A stretch of DNA of 64,000 nt, taken from Octopus bimaculoides. Taxonomy: Eukaryota. Under the pieces are notes generated by a model. It ran no database searches. It saw only the letters and a program-made list of their open reading frames with translations, and was not told the origin of the DNA. Position numbers and translations under genes: made by a program. Position 1 is the stretch's first letter. Each line of letters opens with the position of its first letter. The DNA lies in NCBI RefSeq assembly GCF_001194135.2, contig NC_068993.1, forward strand, positions 40,604,342 through 40,668,341. Direction: 5' to 3'. Below are positions 23,644-36,531 of this stretch, in pieces.

Positions 23644-24040
23644 NNNNNNNNNNNNNNNNNNNNNNNNNNNNNNNNNNNNNNNNNNNNNNNNNNNNNNNNN
23701 NNNNNNNNNNNNNNNNNNNNNNNNNNNNNNNNNNNNNNNNNNNNNNNNNNNNNNNNNNNNNNNNNNNNNNNNNNNNNNNNNNNNNNNNNNNNNNNNNNNN
23801 NNNNNNNNNNNNNNNNNNNNNNNNNNNNNNNNNNNNNNNNNNNNNNNNNNNNNNNNNNNNNNNNNNNNNNNNNNNNNNNNNNNNNNNNNNNNNNNNNNNN
23901 NNNNNNNNNNNNNNNNNNNNNNNNNNNNNNNNNNNNNNNNNNNNNNNNNNNNNNNNNNNNNNNNNNNNNNNNNNNNNNNNNNNNNNNNNNNNNNNNNNNN
24001 NNNNNNNNNNNNNNNNNNNNNNNNNNNNNNNNNNNNNNNN

Positions 24041-24091
<51 letters not shown>

Positions 24092-24128
24092 CATACATAT
24101 GTATATATGTGTGTGTGTATATATATAC

Positions 24129-24161
<33 letters not shown>

Positions 24162-24621
24162 TATGTATGTATATATATGTATGTGTGTGTGTGTTTGTGC
24201 ATGTAGATGTGCTGTCATACCTGCAGAGGTTTACAGCTGGAGACCTTTTAACTGGAGGTGCTGTAGTTACTGCCCTACCAAGTACAATACAACAAAGATC
24301 AATGCTTGATTTTCACAAGGGTGCAATAAAAAATATGAATAACTGACTGGGAATAATAGAGAAAAGGGACAAAAACAGACATTAATATATATGTTTATAC
24401 AGTGTATTGACAAAGTCATCGCTCAACTAGAATGCTATAAATTTTTTTATGTCTTATTCATAATTACAATTTTGTTTTCAATCTGTTTATATCTGTTGTT
24501 GTTGTTTAGTCCCAGGTCAAAGTTGATTTAGTAACAACTTGTAATGAAAACCTTTTGGTAAATACCAACACAATCTGTTTTTTTTTTTCTTCTTCTTCAG
24601 GAATATGATGTGTACCTTTGG

Positions 24622-24850
24622 GAAGGTACATGGTGAGTGTTAAGGCCATCGGTCACATGATTGTAAGCTTGTGATGTCAAATCCCATCTTAGATGGTGTG
24701 CTGCTGTGCACTTGAGCAAGATACCTTCTTTCACTTTGCTCTTGTCAGTCCAGGTGCAAACAAGTTGTGTCTGCATCTAAAACTGTGGCTCGCAGACTTT
24801 TAGTTGACAATGTGGCAAATGGAAGATGCTTGTGGTCATTGAAGCCTGTG
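24622..24850 (+). mobile_element. Diverged tRNA-headed SINE, family C-like
   Basis: GAAGGTACATGG...GTGCACTTGAGCAAGATACC parallels the 31924 copy. Confidence 0.45.
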
Positions 24851-25680
24851 GCACATGGAATTATAGTGTATTTAGAATGATATTATTAGCATTTAAACCA
24901 GCCCCAAATTTTGTACCTGTCTTAAGTTCAACCTGGTCAGAGGTGATGATGAGGATGTAGACTGTGCCTGCAGTTATATTGTGAACGATGTACTGAGTGG
25001 ATACTATCATCCATGGCTGGTTGGTTTAAGGAAAGTACTGGCCCCAAGGGGGTACATTTCTGTGAGGCAACTCATTCATCTGTTCATAACGCACTACATA
25101 AAGATATTATTCATCCACTCTTTCATTAGTATACAGAAAGAATCAAGTTTGTACCCACAATACAACGAAAGTTATAATAATTTTAAAAGAGTAGGTGCTT
25201 ACATCTTTTGCACCCTCGAGAATAATGCAGTGGTAGGGGAAACTATTCTAGGAACAAATCAGTATGCTAAAGGTTAACCTAGAAGTTCCTTCTTTGGCTT
25301 GATGTTTATATATTTTGATAAAAGTATTTGACCGACTGGTCAAATACTTTTATCAAAATATATACTTGTACTGCCTCTACTCAAGCACTCCTGATTCATT
25401 TGACCTTTTTCCTGTCATCCCTTTTATTGTGTTCAATCCTCCCCCTCCCCTAATAAGCCTCACACTAACCATTATACTCAGTCCATGCCCCCAAGTATGT
25501 TATCTCCCTGGAACCTCTTCCCTGTTCATATTTTTGCTGCAGGTGTTGATTTTGAACAGTTTACATGAAATATTAATAGCATTGATCTCACTGGCCTTGA
25601 AGGGCCTTCAGAAATCATTCGTCTAACCTCCTCCTCCTCCATACTCATTGTGTATATTGTTTAATTTTTCAGGTTTACTT

Positions 25681-25905
25681 CAAGGCACTAAGCCAGTCCA
25701 GATCGTTAGTATGCCAGGCAAAATGCTTAGCATCATCTTGCTTACCTGTATGTTCTGTGTTCAAATTTTGCTTAGCCTGACTTTGCTTTTCATCCTTTCA
25801 GGGTCAATAAAATAAGTTCCTGTTTTGCAATGGGGCTGATGTAATTGACTCGGTCTCTTCCCCGAAATTACTGGCCTTCTGCCTAAATTTGAAATCAATA
25901 TTTCA
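25681..25905 (+). mobile_element. SINE family B
   Basis: GTTCAAATT..GACTTTGCTTTTCATCCTTTCAGGGTCAATAAAATAAG...CCTAAATTTGAAATC. Confidence 0.8.
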
Positions 25906-26159
25906 GGTTTACTAAATAAACTACAATCTTTTAACGCTTGGTACTGGCCACTTGCGCCTGTGAAAAACACACTGTGGTTTTGTTTCGCTTCCTTATTTTT
26001 CTTTGTCAATTGGTTAACCTTTTAAGAAATTTAGCTAATTGATTGTTTGATTAATCAGTCAGACTTTTGCAAACCTGGCTGATTGATTGCTCAATCAGAC
26101 GATTAATCAAACAATCGATTAGTTAATTGGTTCAATGGTTAACTAATTGACAAATAAAT

Positions 26160-26380
26160 AATCATCTCAAAATTTTGGTGCAGGGGCAGCTATTTCGGGA
26201 CAGCTAATAAATTGATTCTGTCAACACCATTGCTCAACTGGTACTTATTTTATCAACTCCAAAAGGATGAAAGGCAGTCTTGAATTTAGCGGAATTTGAA
26301 CTCAGAACATTGTCATGGACAAAATGATGCTAACCATTTGACTTGGCATGTTAATGAGTCTGTTATGTCAGTATCTTAAT
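26160..26380 (-). mobile_element. SINE family B (inverted relative to the 25681 copy)
   Basis: CTCAACTGGTACTTATTTTATC...AAAGGATGAAAGGC...GGAATTTGAACTCAGAAC. Confidence 0.8.
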
Positions 26381-26652
26381 TGGCAAATAAATAATAAAGA
26401 AGTGAAATAGAACCAGTGCATGTGTTTATTATTATTGGTATAATGACCCTCCCAAGATGCAGCAAAATATGTTTCAACACGCAAGTTCACACCAAGAATC
26501 ATGCAAACCAAATACAAAAATGACATTGATGTTTTTTTTTACACTTGTGTTGTAAATATAAACAAAATCATAAATTTATAAAAGTCGCTCAACCATTTCA
26601 TTTTTCTTTCATCTCTCTCTCTTTTTTGTTTTTGTTTTCCTTGCTAATACAG

Positions 26653-26853
26653 GCAGCACAGGCCATTGTTCAGAAATCCAAAAATCCTCGGCTAAAGCCC
26701 GCTTCAGATGAGCTGGTCTTTGGCAGGTACTTCACTGACCACATGCTTGAAATTGAATGGACGGCTCAAGGCGGTTGGGAAAAACCCCAAATCACACCAT
26801 TTCACAGCCTCTTAATGCATCCCGCAGCTAAGGCACTACACTATGCCGTTGAG
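26653..26853 (+). CDS. BCAT: Branched-chain amino acid aminotransferase, internal exon (67 aa, phase 0-0)
   Basis: AAQAIVQKSKNPRLKPASDELVFGRYFTDHMLEIEWTAQGGWEKPQITPFHSLLMHPAAKALHYAVE, with the class IV aminotransferase motifs LVFGxxFTDHML, GWxKPxI and LHYAVE; polypyrimidine tract and AG at 26651-52; GTAAGT donor at 26854. Confidence 0.97.
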
Positions 26854-27567
26854 GTAAGTGACTATTGTATTTATTTACTTATTTTGAATTTGTTTTATTT
26901 TTGTTATTTTAATTTTAATTTCGGTGGTAGGGTGAGGGTGATGGTGTTTTCTTTCCAATGAACTGTGTGTTTATGGTGTATCTGTATCATTTCTAGATAG
27001 TTCTTTCCTTTTCACAAAAAAAAAAAAAGATATACTAGGAATTGCGAAATAAATGTGTCTGTAAGGAAGTGAGTGTGTGTGAGAGAGAGATGGGGTAAGA
27101 CGAAGGGAGAAGATAGTGTTTATATGTGAAGAATGATTAATTCTAGTGTGTCAAAGAAAACAATTTTTTTTCTTTTTTCATTTTTTTCTTTCTAAAAGAC
27201 AAAACAAAAACAGAAAAAAGACCTTGCATTAACAACAGTTTTCTCTTGAAATAAATTGAAACATCATATTTTCCAGAGAGCGAGAGAAATATTAAATTTT
27301 GCATTTGATTTTTGTATACATGTATATACATACATACATACATACATACATTCATACATATTTATATATAAAAACATACACACGTGTGTGTGTGTATATA
27401 TATATATATATGTGTGTGTGTATATTGTTTCTTTTTTGTGTATGCGCTTTTGTGTTTTCTACCCCACCTTGTCATTGTAAATTGTAAATTTAAAGAAAAG
27501 AGAAACAAAGAAAAGAGACCATAATAATAATAATAATGATGAGAGTAATAATAATAAAAAAAAATTT

Positions 27568-27608
<41 letters not shown>

Positions 27609-28250
27609 AAGAACAGACCCAATAGAACAGAAGATGAAGAAGAGTGGTGTCAAGGCTGGGTAGGGAGGGGGCTTTCATGTCTCTTAGTGTTATGCTTCAT
27701 TCTGTTTGATGTATTTCATGTCCACTATTGCATTTATTGTTGATGTTGTTGTTTTCTGGGGAACTATAAGGAATCTTGTAGAATTGTAAAAGTTTATCTT
27801 CATGTAGGTATACATACATACATGCACATATGTGTGTGTGTGTGTGTTTATGTATGCGCATGTGTGTATGTGATGTTTATGTTGTTGCTATTGTTGTAAT
27901 TTTATTCAAATTTATTCTTTTCATGAGGAAGTCTATCATATTTTGTTATTTTTGATTTTTGTTGTTTTTTTTTGCTTACCCATTTATTTGATGCATCAAT
28001 GTATGTATGTGTGTGTGTATATATACATATATATATAGTCTGTGTGTATAATATATATACATATATATTAAATATGTTTATATATATATATATATATATA
28101 TATATGATATATATTTACATGTCTATATATTTATATATATATACACACACACACATATGTATATATTATATACAAATATATTTGTGTGTACGCACATATG
28201 ATTGTGTTAATGTGGAGGTGTGTATACAGCATACAAATACACGTGTTTGA

Positions 28251-28299
<49 letters not shown>

Positions 28300-29071
28300 A
28301 CATACACACAGATGCATGATATCTAAACTTCTTATATTATTGTTGTGATGTTCACTTACAGTATGGAAGAAGAAGACATGTTTCTCTCGGGGATGTTGTG
28401 TTGGTTGTGTATGAATGTGATCAAAGATGTTGGCTCTGTTGATGACACCCTCCTGTCTTCTCTTTTCATCTATTCATTGTCACAATAAGCTTTTCATCTC
28501 TGTCTATATGTCTTCAATGAGTCATGAAATTCATCTTGGAGATTTAATAACTCCATCACCGTCACTATTCACTTGAGCACTATTCAAATAATAGAACGTG
28601 TCGCTGATTCGTTGGGTTTGAAATCATGCTGTATTTAACTGTGCGGTGTTGGATATGTGGGCTGTAAAGGCTGCATTGTTGTGATAACTATAAAGAAGAA
28701 AAGGCTGAAAAAGGGCAGAGCTGGAAAAAAAAGGGATCAGAAATTGTTTGGGAGTTTTGAGATGATAGATTGCTGCGGATTAGAGATTAACAAGCTGTAA
28801 TGTGACCCTATTTGTGGTACCCACTTGTAGACATTTCACTTTGTTTATAGCTAATGTCATCAAGAAAGGCATGACCATCACATAATCTCTGTACTGTGAT
28901 TTTGTTGTTGTTTTTTTTATTTTTTCTTATCACCTTAATTGTTTGTTGAGTGAGCAGAACTGGTGTGTTGCCAATGAGAGTGATCAGCTGAAGTACATGA
29001 GCACTTGCTTTACCCTTTTGATGCAAACCCATCTGAAATTACCCCCGTTTCTATGATACAAACTTTCTGCT

Positions 29072-29832
29072 TTAACCCCTTTGATACTTAGCTACTTGAG
29101 ACTACTCTTGTTCCTATGATATTAAGCATTCTGTTTGAAAGTGATAGAAATTAAAGTCTTCTATAAAAATTTCATGTTAACCTTAATCCCAAATGCCGTT
29201 TTAATATTGACAAAAGACCTTAGAATAAATAATTTGGAAATCTACAGTTATGTTGTGCTGAAGATTCAAAAACAGGATGAAAAGATATACATGGTTGCTG
29301 TGATAATAATCCTTTCTACTATAAGCACAAGGCCTGAAATTTTGCAGGAGTGGGTAAGTTGATTACAATGATCCCCAGTATTCAATTGGTACTTATTTTA
29401 TTGACCTGAAAGGATGAACGGCAAAGTTGATCTCTGCAGAATTTGAACTCAGAATGCAAAGATGGGTGAAATGCTGCTAAGCATTTTGCCCAGTGTGCTA
29501 AGAATTCTGCCAGCTTGTCACATTGGCTACTGTAATAATAATGAAGAATGATATTAAAAGAATTATATGCAGTAAGATGTATACTCTTTTCGCTCTCTGA
29601 AAAAAACAAAAAAAATCTAAGGATATACTTAGAAGGAATTATCATGCCCTGAACAGCAACTTTCATTCTGTCTCTACCACAGTATACACAGCTTGTAATA
29701 TATCTAAATGTATATTATATTTGTATAATTTTGCTCTTATACCAAATTATTTTCTAAAGGTTTCATGTTTTTCAAAAGTTATTGCAACAAAGGCAATGTA
29801 TTTCCTCAGAAATATGGTAACAAAAGTCTTAA
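29072..29832. mobile_element. Probable TTAA-flanked MITE ends interrupted by a family B SINE (29325-29525, -)
   Basis: Left TTAACCCCTTTGATAC at 29072; right GGTAACAAAAGTCTTAA ending 29832; similar to 43072-43280. Confidence 0.4.
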
Positions 29833-30110
29833 AGACAACTGAAGTCTGTACTATATTTGTTCATAGACAGTGGAATTTGAACACAGAATACACAAAGACA
29901 ATAAGATGCCTGCCTGCTTCAATACTCTAATGTTCTGCCCAGCATTATGCCCTTGATTGAGGTTTTATTATTGAATTAATATATTTGTATTCAGATTGGA
30001 AGGAATGTTTACCTTTGAAGCAGCCGCCGTTTTTGTTTTATGGTGTATATCATAGTTTTGTGATTGAAGTAGACACCTCTAAATGTGAAGTATTAAATAT
30101 TATTCTCTTA

Positions 30111-30550
30111 CGCTTGGCTATGTGATTAAGGAGCTTGTGCACCAATCATGCTGTGTTGGATTCAGTCCCACAATGTGGCACCTTGAGCAAGTATCTTTTA
30201 CTATAATCCTTGGCCAACAAAAGCCTCGTGAGTGGATTTAGTAGGTACAAGCTGAAAGAGGCTTATCGTGTGTATATGTATGTATGCATGCATGTATGTA
30301 CATATGTATGTATGTATGAATGAATGAGCCTTTATGTTTCTTTTGTATTTGTCACCCATCACCCCACTGCTTGATAGCAGGTGTTGGTTTTCTCTACATA
30401 GCCATAACTTAGCAGTTCAGCAAAATAAACTGATAAAGTAAGTACTTGACTTTAGAAATAAGAACTGGGGTGATTTGTTTGACAACATCCTTCAAAGCGG
30501 AGCCCCAGCTTAGCTCCAATCCAACAACTGAAATAAGATAAATGATAAAA
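30111..30550 (+). mobile_element. SINE family A, full length, diverged
   Basis: TGGCTATGTG...TTCAGTCCCAC...GTGAGTGGATTTAGTAG...AACTGAAATAAGATAAA. Confidence 0.8.
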
Positions 30551-30659
30551 ATAGATGTGTAACTATCCAGAGTGTATATGAGTCTTGGAAAGAATTTAGA
30601 AAATTCTCATTGCCAAAGTACATTTTGTCTTCTGTAAAAAATAAGGAGTAAATAGAAAC

Positions 30660-30937
30660 AAAAACAATCAGAGAGCGCAAACCTCTGCCAAGGCAACACC
30701 AACATCCTCTCAACGATTAGCCAGAGATGATTTTTAAAATGAGAATATCTGAAATAAACTCGACTGCTCTCAAAATTGACCCCAAAATCTAATCAGTTTG
30801 TGCCAGTCATGTGGTCAAACAACCCTGAAAGTTTCATTCGAATCCATTCAGCGGTTCTTGAGATATCTTGTCCACAGAGAAACAAACATGCACAACTGAA
30901 AACAATATCTTCACCTTTGCAAAGGCAGAGTTAATAA
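30660..30937 (+). mobile_element. Helentron-associated (HINE/DINE-like) non-autonomous element
   Basis: 5' CCTCTGCCAAGG at 30682 with complement GGCAGAG near the 3' end; 3' palindrome CCTTTGCAAAGG 30914-25; ACAAAC stretch; ends in TTAAT. Confidence 0.45.
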
Positions 30938-31092
30938 AATGTGCATGTAACTGCATTCAAGTTGTCCAAGTTGCAGGCCCACTTAATGAGGACAGTTTAG
31001 ACAATTAGACTTAGCTTAATTAGTGAGCATGTAGAGAATGGTTGAGAGGAATTTTAGTTATTATTTGCTGTAAGAAATTATTTTCTCCCATA

Positions 31093-31808
31093 CAGCTGTG
31101 TGGTAAGAAGCTTGCTTCCCAACCACATACTTTTGGGTTCACCTTGGACAAGTGTTTTCTACTATAGCCTCAGGCCAACCAAAGCCTTGTTAGTGGATTT
31201 TGTAGATGGAGACCGAAAGAAGCTTGTCATATATATATGTTTTTGTGTGTGTATGTATATCTGTGTGTGTATATATTGTATGTGTGTATATCTGTGTGTA
31301 TGTCTTTGAGTCCATGTTTGAGTCCCCCATCTCATTACCACTTGACAACTGCTGCTGGTCTGTTTACATCCCTGTAACTTAGAAGTTCAGCAAATGTGAC
31401 CAATGGAATAAGTACTAGGCTTTTAAAAAATATGTCCTAGGGTTGATTTGTTTGGCTAAAACCCTTCAAGAACGTGCTCTAGCATGTCCCTAGTCAAATG
31501 ACTGGAACAAGCAGAAGAATGTTTGTTCAAAGTTTATTCTTTTATTGCTATTATTGTTAGTCCTCCCTTCTCATAAATTTATATATCTATGTATGTGTCT
31601 TTGTGTATGTGATTATTCTTCACCACTGCTTGATTGTTAGTGTTGCTTTGTTTACATCTCTGACACTTAACAGGTCAGCTAAAAGAGACCAATAAAATAA
31701 TAGTCTTAAAGAAAAACGTATTGGAGTCAATTTGTGCAACTATATCTGTCAAGGCAGTGCTCCAGCATGGCCACAGTCGACTGACTGAAAAAAGTAAAAG
31801 ACAAAAGA
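31093..31808 (+). mobile_element. SINE family A full copy (31093-31520) plus adjacent 3' half (31590-31808)
   Basis: CTGTGTGGTAAGAAGCTTGC head; two tails ending GAACAAGCAGAAGAA and GAAAAAAGTAAAAGAC. Confidence 0.8.
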
Positions 31809-31923
31809 TTATAAATAAGAAACAAAGCTATTTTATTCCACATGGGTAGAAATATTGAAAGAAGTTGAAAATGCACTTGGTGTCTTTTAGATAGTTTATT
31901 TTTAAAGGCTTAACTGGTTTCAC

Positions 31924-32238
31924 TGAAGGCACGTGGCTGAGTGGTTAGGGTATTCAGCTCACAATTGTAAGGTCATAAGTTCAATATCTGGCAGCACGTT
32001 GTGTCCTTGAACAAGACACTTTATTTCACAGTGCTCCAGTCCACTCAGCTGGCAAAAATCAATAGTATCTGTAATTCAAAGGGTCAGCTTCTGTGTCACA
32101 CTGAATTTGACTGAGAATTACGTTAGGGGTACACGTGTTTGTGGAATGCTCAGTCACTTGCATGTTAATTTCATGTGCTGGCTGTTCCATTGATCAGATC
32201 AACTGGAACCCTCGTTGTCATAAGCAATGGAGTACCAG
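31924..32238 (+). mobile_element. tRNA-headed SINE family C with 14-bp target-site duplication
   Basis: TTAACTGGTTTCAC at 31910-23 and 32239-52; A box TGGCTGAGTGG, B-like AGTTCAATATC, GTGTCCTTGAACAAGACAC core. Confidence 0.85.
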
Positions 32239-32353
32239 TTAACTGGTTTCACAGAATTTTCTGATTTTCTAATGTCGAGATAAAAAGACATGGAGCTATG
32301 CCACAACTTAGAATATAAACAACCTAAAGACTCCCAGTGCATTTTCAACCTCT

Positions 32354-32390
<37 letters not shown>

Positions 32391-32879
32391 NNNNNNNNNN
32401 NNNNNNNNNNNNNNNNNNNNNNNNNNNNNNNNNNNNNNNNNNNNNNNNNNNNNNNNNNNNNNNNNNNNNNNNNNNNNNNNNNNNNNNNNNNNNNNNNNNN
32501 NNNNNNNNNNNNNNNNNNNNNNNNNNNNNNNNNNNNNNNNNNNNNNNNNNNNNNNNNNNNNNNNNNNNNNNNNNNNNNNNNNNNNNNNNNNNNNNNNNNN
32601 NNNNNNNNNNNNNNNNNNNNNNNNNNNNNNNNNNNNNNNNNNNNNNNNNNNNNNTATATATATTCTTATACTTGGGAATGGTCACCTTTTGCCAATTAAA
32701 CACACACACACACTATTTATTTGATCTTCACTTTAGTTTTATTGTTTTTATTTTTAGTTAATTTTTCACACTTTCTGTAACCTCTTCAGCAACTCTCTGT
32801 CCCATGTGTCTCGTCTTGTCCTGCCTATTCCAGTTTGTACATCTGTAATATGTATCTCTATCTGCAGGCATGTTTTCAC

Positions 32880-33170
32880 ATCAAGAATCTTGCTAAACAA
32901 ATGCATAGACACACACACACACACACACAGGTATGTATGTGTGTGTCTATGTATTGGTGAGTAAGCAGTGTTATTCATTTCCAGTATTCTGTGACGTATC
33001 CATACTGTAAGTGAACATCACAACAATAATATAAGAAATATTACCTTGCTTAAAGACAGGTGAGGGTTGGTGGCAAGAAGCACATCCAGTGGTAGAAAAT
33101 CTGCCTCAATGAATTTTCATCTGACCCATGCAAGCCTGGAAAAGACGACCACAAAATGATGATGTTGATG
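32880..33170 (+). mobile_element. SINE family A' 3' half (RTE-type tail)
   Basis: ATTACCTTGCTTAAAGACAGGTGAGGGTTGG...GACCCATGCAAGCCTGGAAA...ATGATGATG. Confidence 0.7.
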
Positions 33171-33204
33171 GTATATAACTTATATATGTACATCTATATC
33201 TACA

Positions 33205-33255
<51 letters not shown>

Positions 33256-35491
33256 ATATATATNNNNNNNNNNNNNNNNNNNNNNNNNNNNNNNNNNNNN
33301 NNNNNNNNNNNNNNNNNNNNNNNNNNNNNNNNNNNNNNNNNNNNNNNNNNNNNNNNNNNNNNNNNNNNNNNNNNNNNNNNNNNNNNNNNNNNNNNNNNNN
33401 NNNNNNNNNNNNNNNNNNNNNNNNNNNNNNNNNNNNNNNNNNNNNNNNNNNNNNNNNNNNNNNNNNNNNNNNNNNNNNNNNNNNNNNNNNNNNNNNNNNN
33501 NNNNNNNNNNNNNNNNNNNNNNNNNNNNNNNNNNNNNNNNNNNNNNNNNNNNNNNNNNNNNNNNNNNNNNNNNNNNNNNNNNNNNNNNNNNNNNNNNNNN
33601 NNNNNNNNNNNNNNNNNNNNNNNNNNNNNNNNNNNNNNNNNNNNNNTTATAGGCAAAATTTAACTGATATTAAATTTTATTAATCTTGACTGGAACCAAG
33701 CTTGTTTAGCTTAAAAAAAGAAAAAAAACATCTTATGGAATGGTATTTATTTTTGTTTGTTTTTGTGGGGTTTCTTTTATTTTACTTTCAAGTCTAGTGT
33801 ATGAATGGACCTATTTGCTGCTACTGGGCTGTTCATTTTATGGCATGGAGTGTGGCAGATATAATGGCCTTATATTATTGCCACTCTTATGAGAGAAAGA
33901 AGCTTTATCATTTATCCATAGTCTCTTTGGAAGTCTTTTATGACGTGCGATAGGGTGGTGGGGGGGGGTAGCAGCGGTAGTGGTGGTGTGAGGCGGGGGA
34001 TTGCTTACGAGTTTATAATCTTTCATTAAACATTTAAAAATCAGTTATACTCATTTGTGTATTGAAGCATTAGTTCGTTATGTTTCGTTATTCATTTTTT
34101 TTTTCCCTCCCAAAATCTTTTCGTTTTTGTTCTTGTTGTCAATATTGCTATGTTGTGTTATTTAATCTGTTTAAAGAATTCCTTTATTTTTCCATTTTTA
34201 CCATCTGTGTGCATATATTTATGTATGTATGTATATGTATGTGGGTGAGTATGTGTATGTGCGTGTATATATGTTTGTATGTGTATATATATTTTTGTGT
34301 ATGTGTGTGTATATACTTATATATATATATATATTATTGTATATATATATGTTTGTGTGTGTGTATATAGTAATCAACGCACATTTTCATTTGATGTTAT
34401 TCCCATATACACTCTTAGCAACAACAAAACGACCCAAAAAAAAAAGTCTTCTATTGCTACAATGGGAATTTTTCATAGATTTACGCTGAGAATAGATTCC
34501 AAATTGCGGGTTTTAGAATTTTTTGGCTTCTTTAAATTGTTATTGCACTCTGGAGAGAATATTGTGCTATTTTTTATTTATTATTATTATTATTTTTTAG
34601 ATTTTCTTTTCTTTTGAAATGAAGGAAGTGTATATATATATATACATATATATATATCCAATGCAATAAAATCTATATGGTAATCTGAAAAAAAATGAAA
34701 AGAAAAAATGGCTGCCAAATGCCAAAGTCTATATAATAATTCTGCTGTCGATAATTTGGAAATTATCAAAATGTTAGAATGTTAAATAATGACAATGAAT
34801 TAAGTATATTTCATGGGAGCTTTTGTTTTCTTCTCCATTTTTTTTTCCCTTTTTTTTTTTTAGGGAGTTTCAGTAAAATATTTATTGTTTTTAACTTATT
34901 GACTTATTTTCTTTTTTTACCCATATAATGATGATGATGATGATGATAATAATAATAATTATTATTATTATTGTTATCATTATTTTAACTATTATTGTTA
35001 TTATTTTAATTTCCCACTCTATATTATATTCTCTCAATGTGCTCCTCTATATTGTTCATGAACAAACACGACGAAATGATGATACATTAACAAATATGCA
35101 TATACACATGTGTAATTTGGCTTTGATAATTACTGTTTGTAGTTTAGTTCCGTTGTTTTTTAATAATAATAATGATAATGATAACGATAATGACGATAAG
35201 ACACCTATGCTACAACTTCTACTGATGGTGGTGGCGGTGGTGGTGGTGACAACAGTAGTAGTAGAAAAGAACTATCAAATAATAACTGCAACAATAATAA
35301 TGTAAAGATAAGAAAATAATAACAATAATAATAATGATGATAATAATAATAATAATAATAATAATAATAGTAATGATGATGATAACGTGAATGTTGATTT
35401 TTTTTTTTTCCATTTCTTTTGTGTATATATGTGTGCAATCACTTTTGTTTTTTTCTAATGCTTTATCTAGTGAATAGAAGCTCTATTCATA

Positions 35492-35522
<31 letters not shown>

Positions 35523-35756
35523 ACGTGCAATATATCATTTGGGTGCTTTTTTGTTTTTTGTTTTTCTTTCTTTCTACAGAGTGATGAAATCAATTGAGAA
35601 AAGAACCATATAAATCCAAATTGTTGTTGTTATTGTTGGTCAATTATCTACTATGGCTATCTATGTATACATGTGACACAAGAATTGAATGCTATTTGAT
35701 GACATTAAAGTGTTTGTGAGGCAGGAATTAGTGCTTTTTTTCCCCCTTTTTTCCTT

Positions 35757-35789
<33 letters not shown>

Positions 35790-36057
35790 ACACAGTGTAT
35801 ATATATATATATATATATATATGAGAATAATAACTCGGAAACTGAATGAGAGAGATGGAGAGTGTGTGTGTAATGATAAAACTCTATTGATCTTAACAAT
35901 TGTGTGTATGTATGTTTGTATGTAGGTATGTGTGTGTGTTTTTCTGTGCTTGTGTTTCTGTAAATACCTTTACCTCTGTTGACTTAATTATAATCCATTG
36001 TTGATTCCTAACACTTTAGAAATCAGCCTGAAATTGTCCTCTCACCCTACCCCACCT

Positions 36058-36093
<36 letters not shown>

Positions 36094-36467
36094 TGCCCGC
36101 GCCCTCACCAACCCTGTATTGATTGCATCAATCTCCCGTAAAGCGCTTTTTTTTGGGTTTGCTTTTTGTCTTATGCTTCTTTTTTTTTTCTATGGAGACG
36201 ATACAGGTGAAATGTTGATCATCTCCATTGAACTTTAATGAAATTCATCTCGTATATATCATTATAGTTGCTGCTGATGTTGCTGTCATTATCATCATCA
36301 TCATCGTTGTTGTGGTTGTTGTTATGATTATTATTAATATTATTATTACAACCACATAGGACTTTTTTTTTTGTTTTTGATCTTTAGTTCACTTATTTCT
36401 GTAGCTGTGTGCAGACACTAATCTCTCTCCTTCTCTCCAGCCTCTTCTTTCTCTTCTCTTTAATATT

Positions 36468-36531
<64 letters not shown>

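Noticed and set aside
29994-30045. 'LEGMF' after an AG, as a candidate for the BCAT LFEGMKA exon
   Set aside because: Wrong phase and no KAY/RLFRP continuation.
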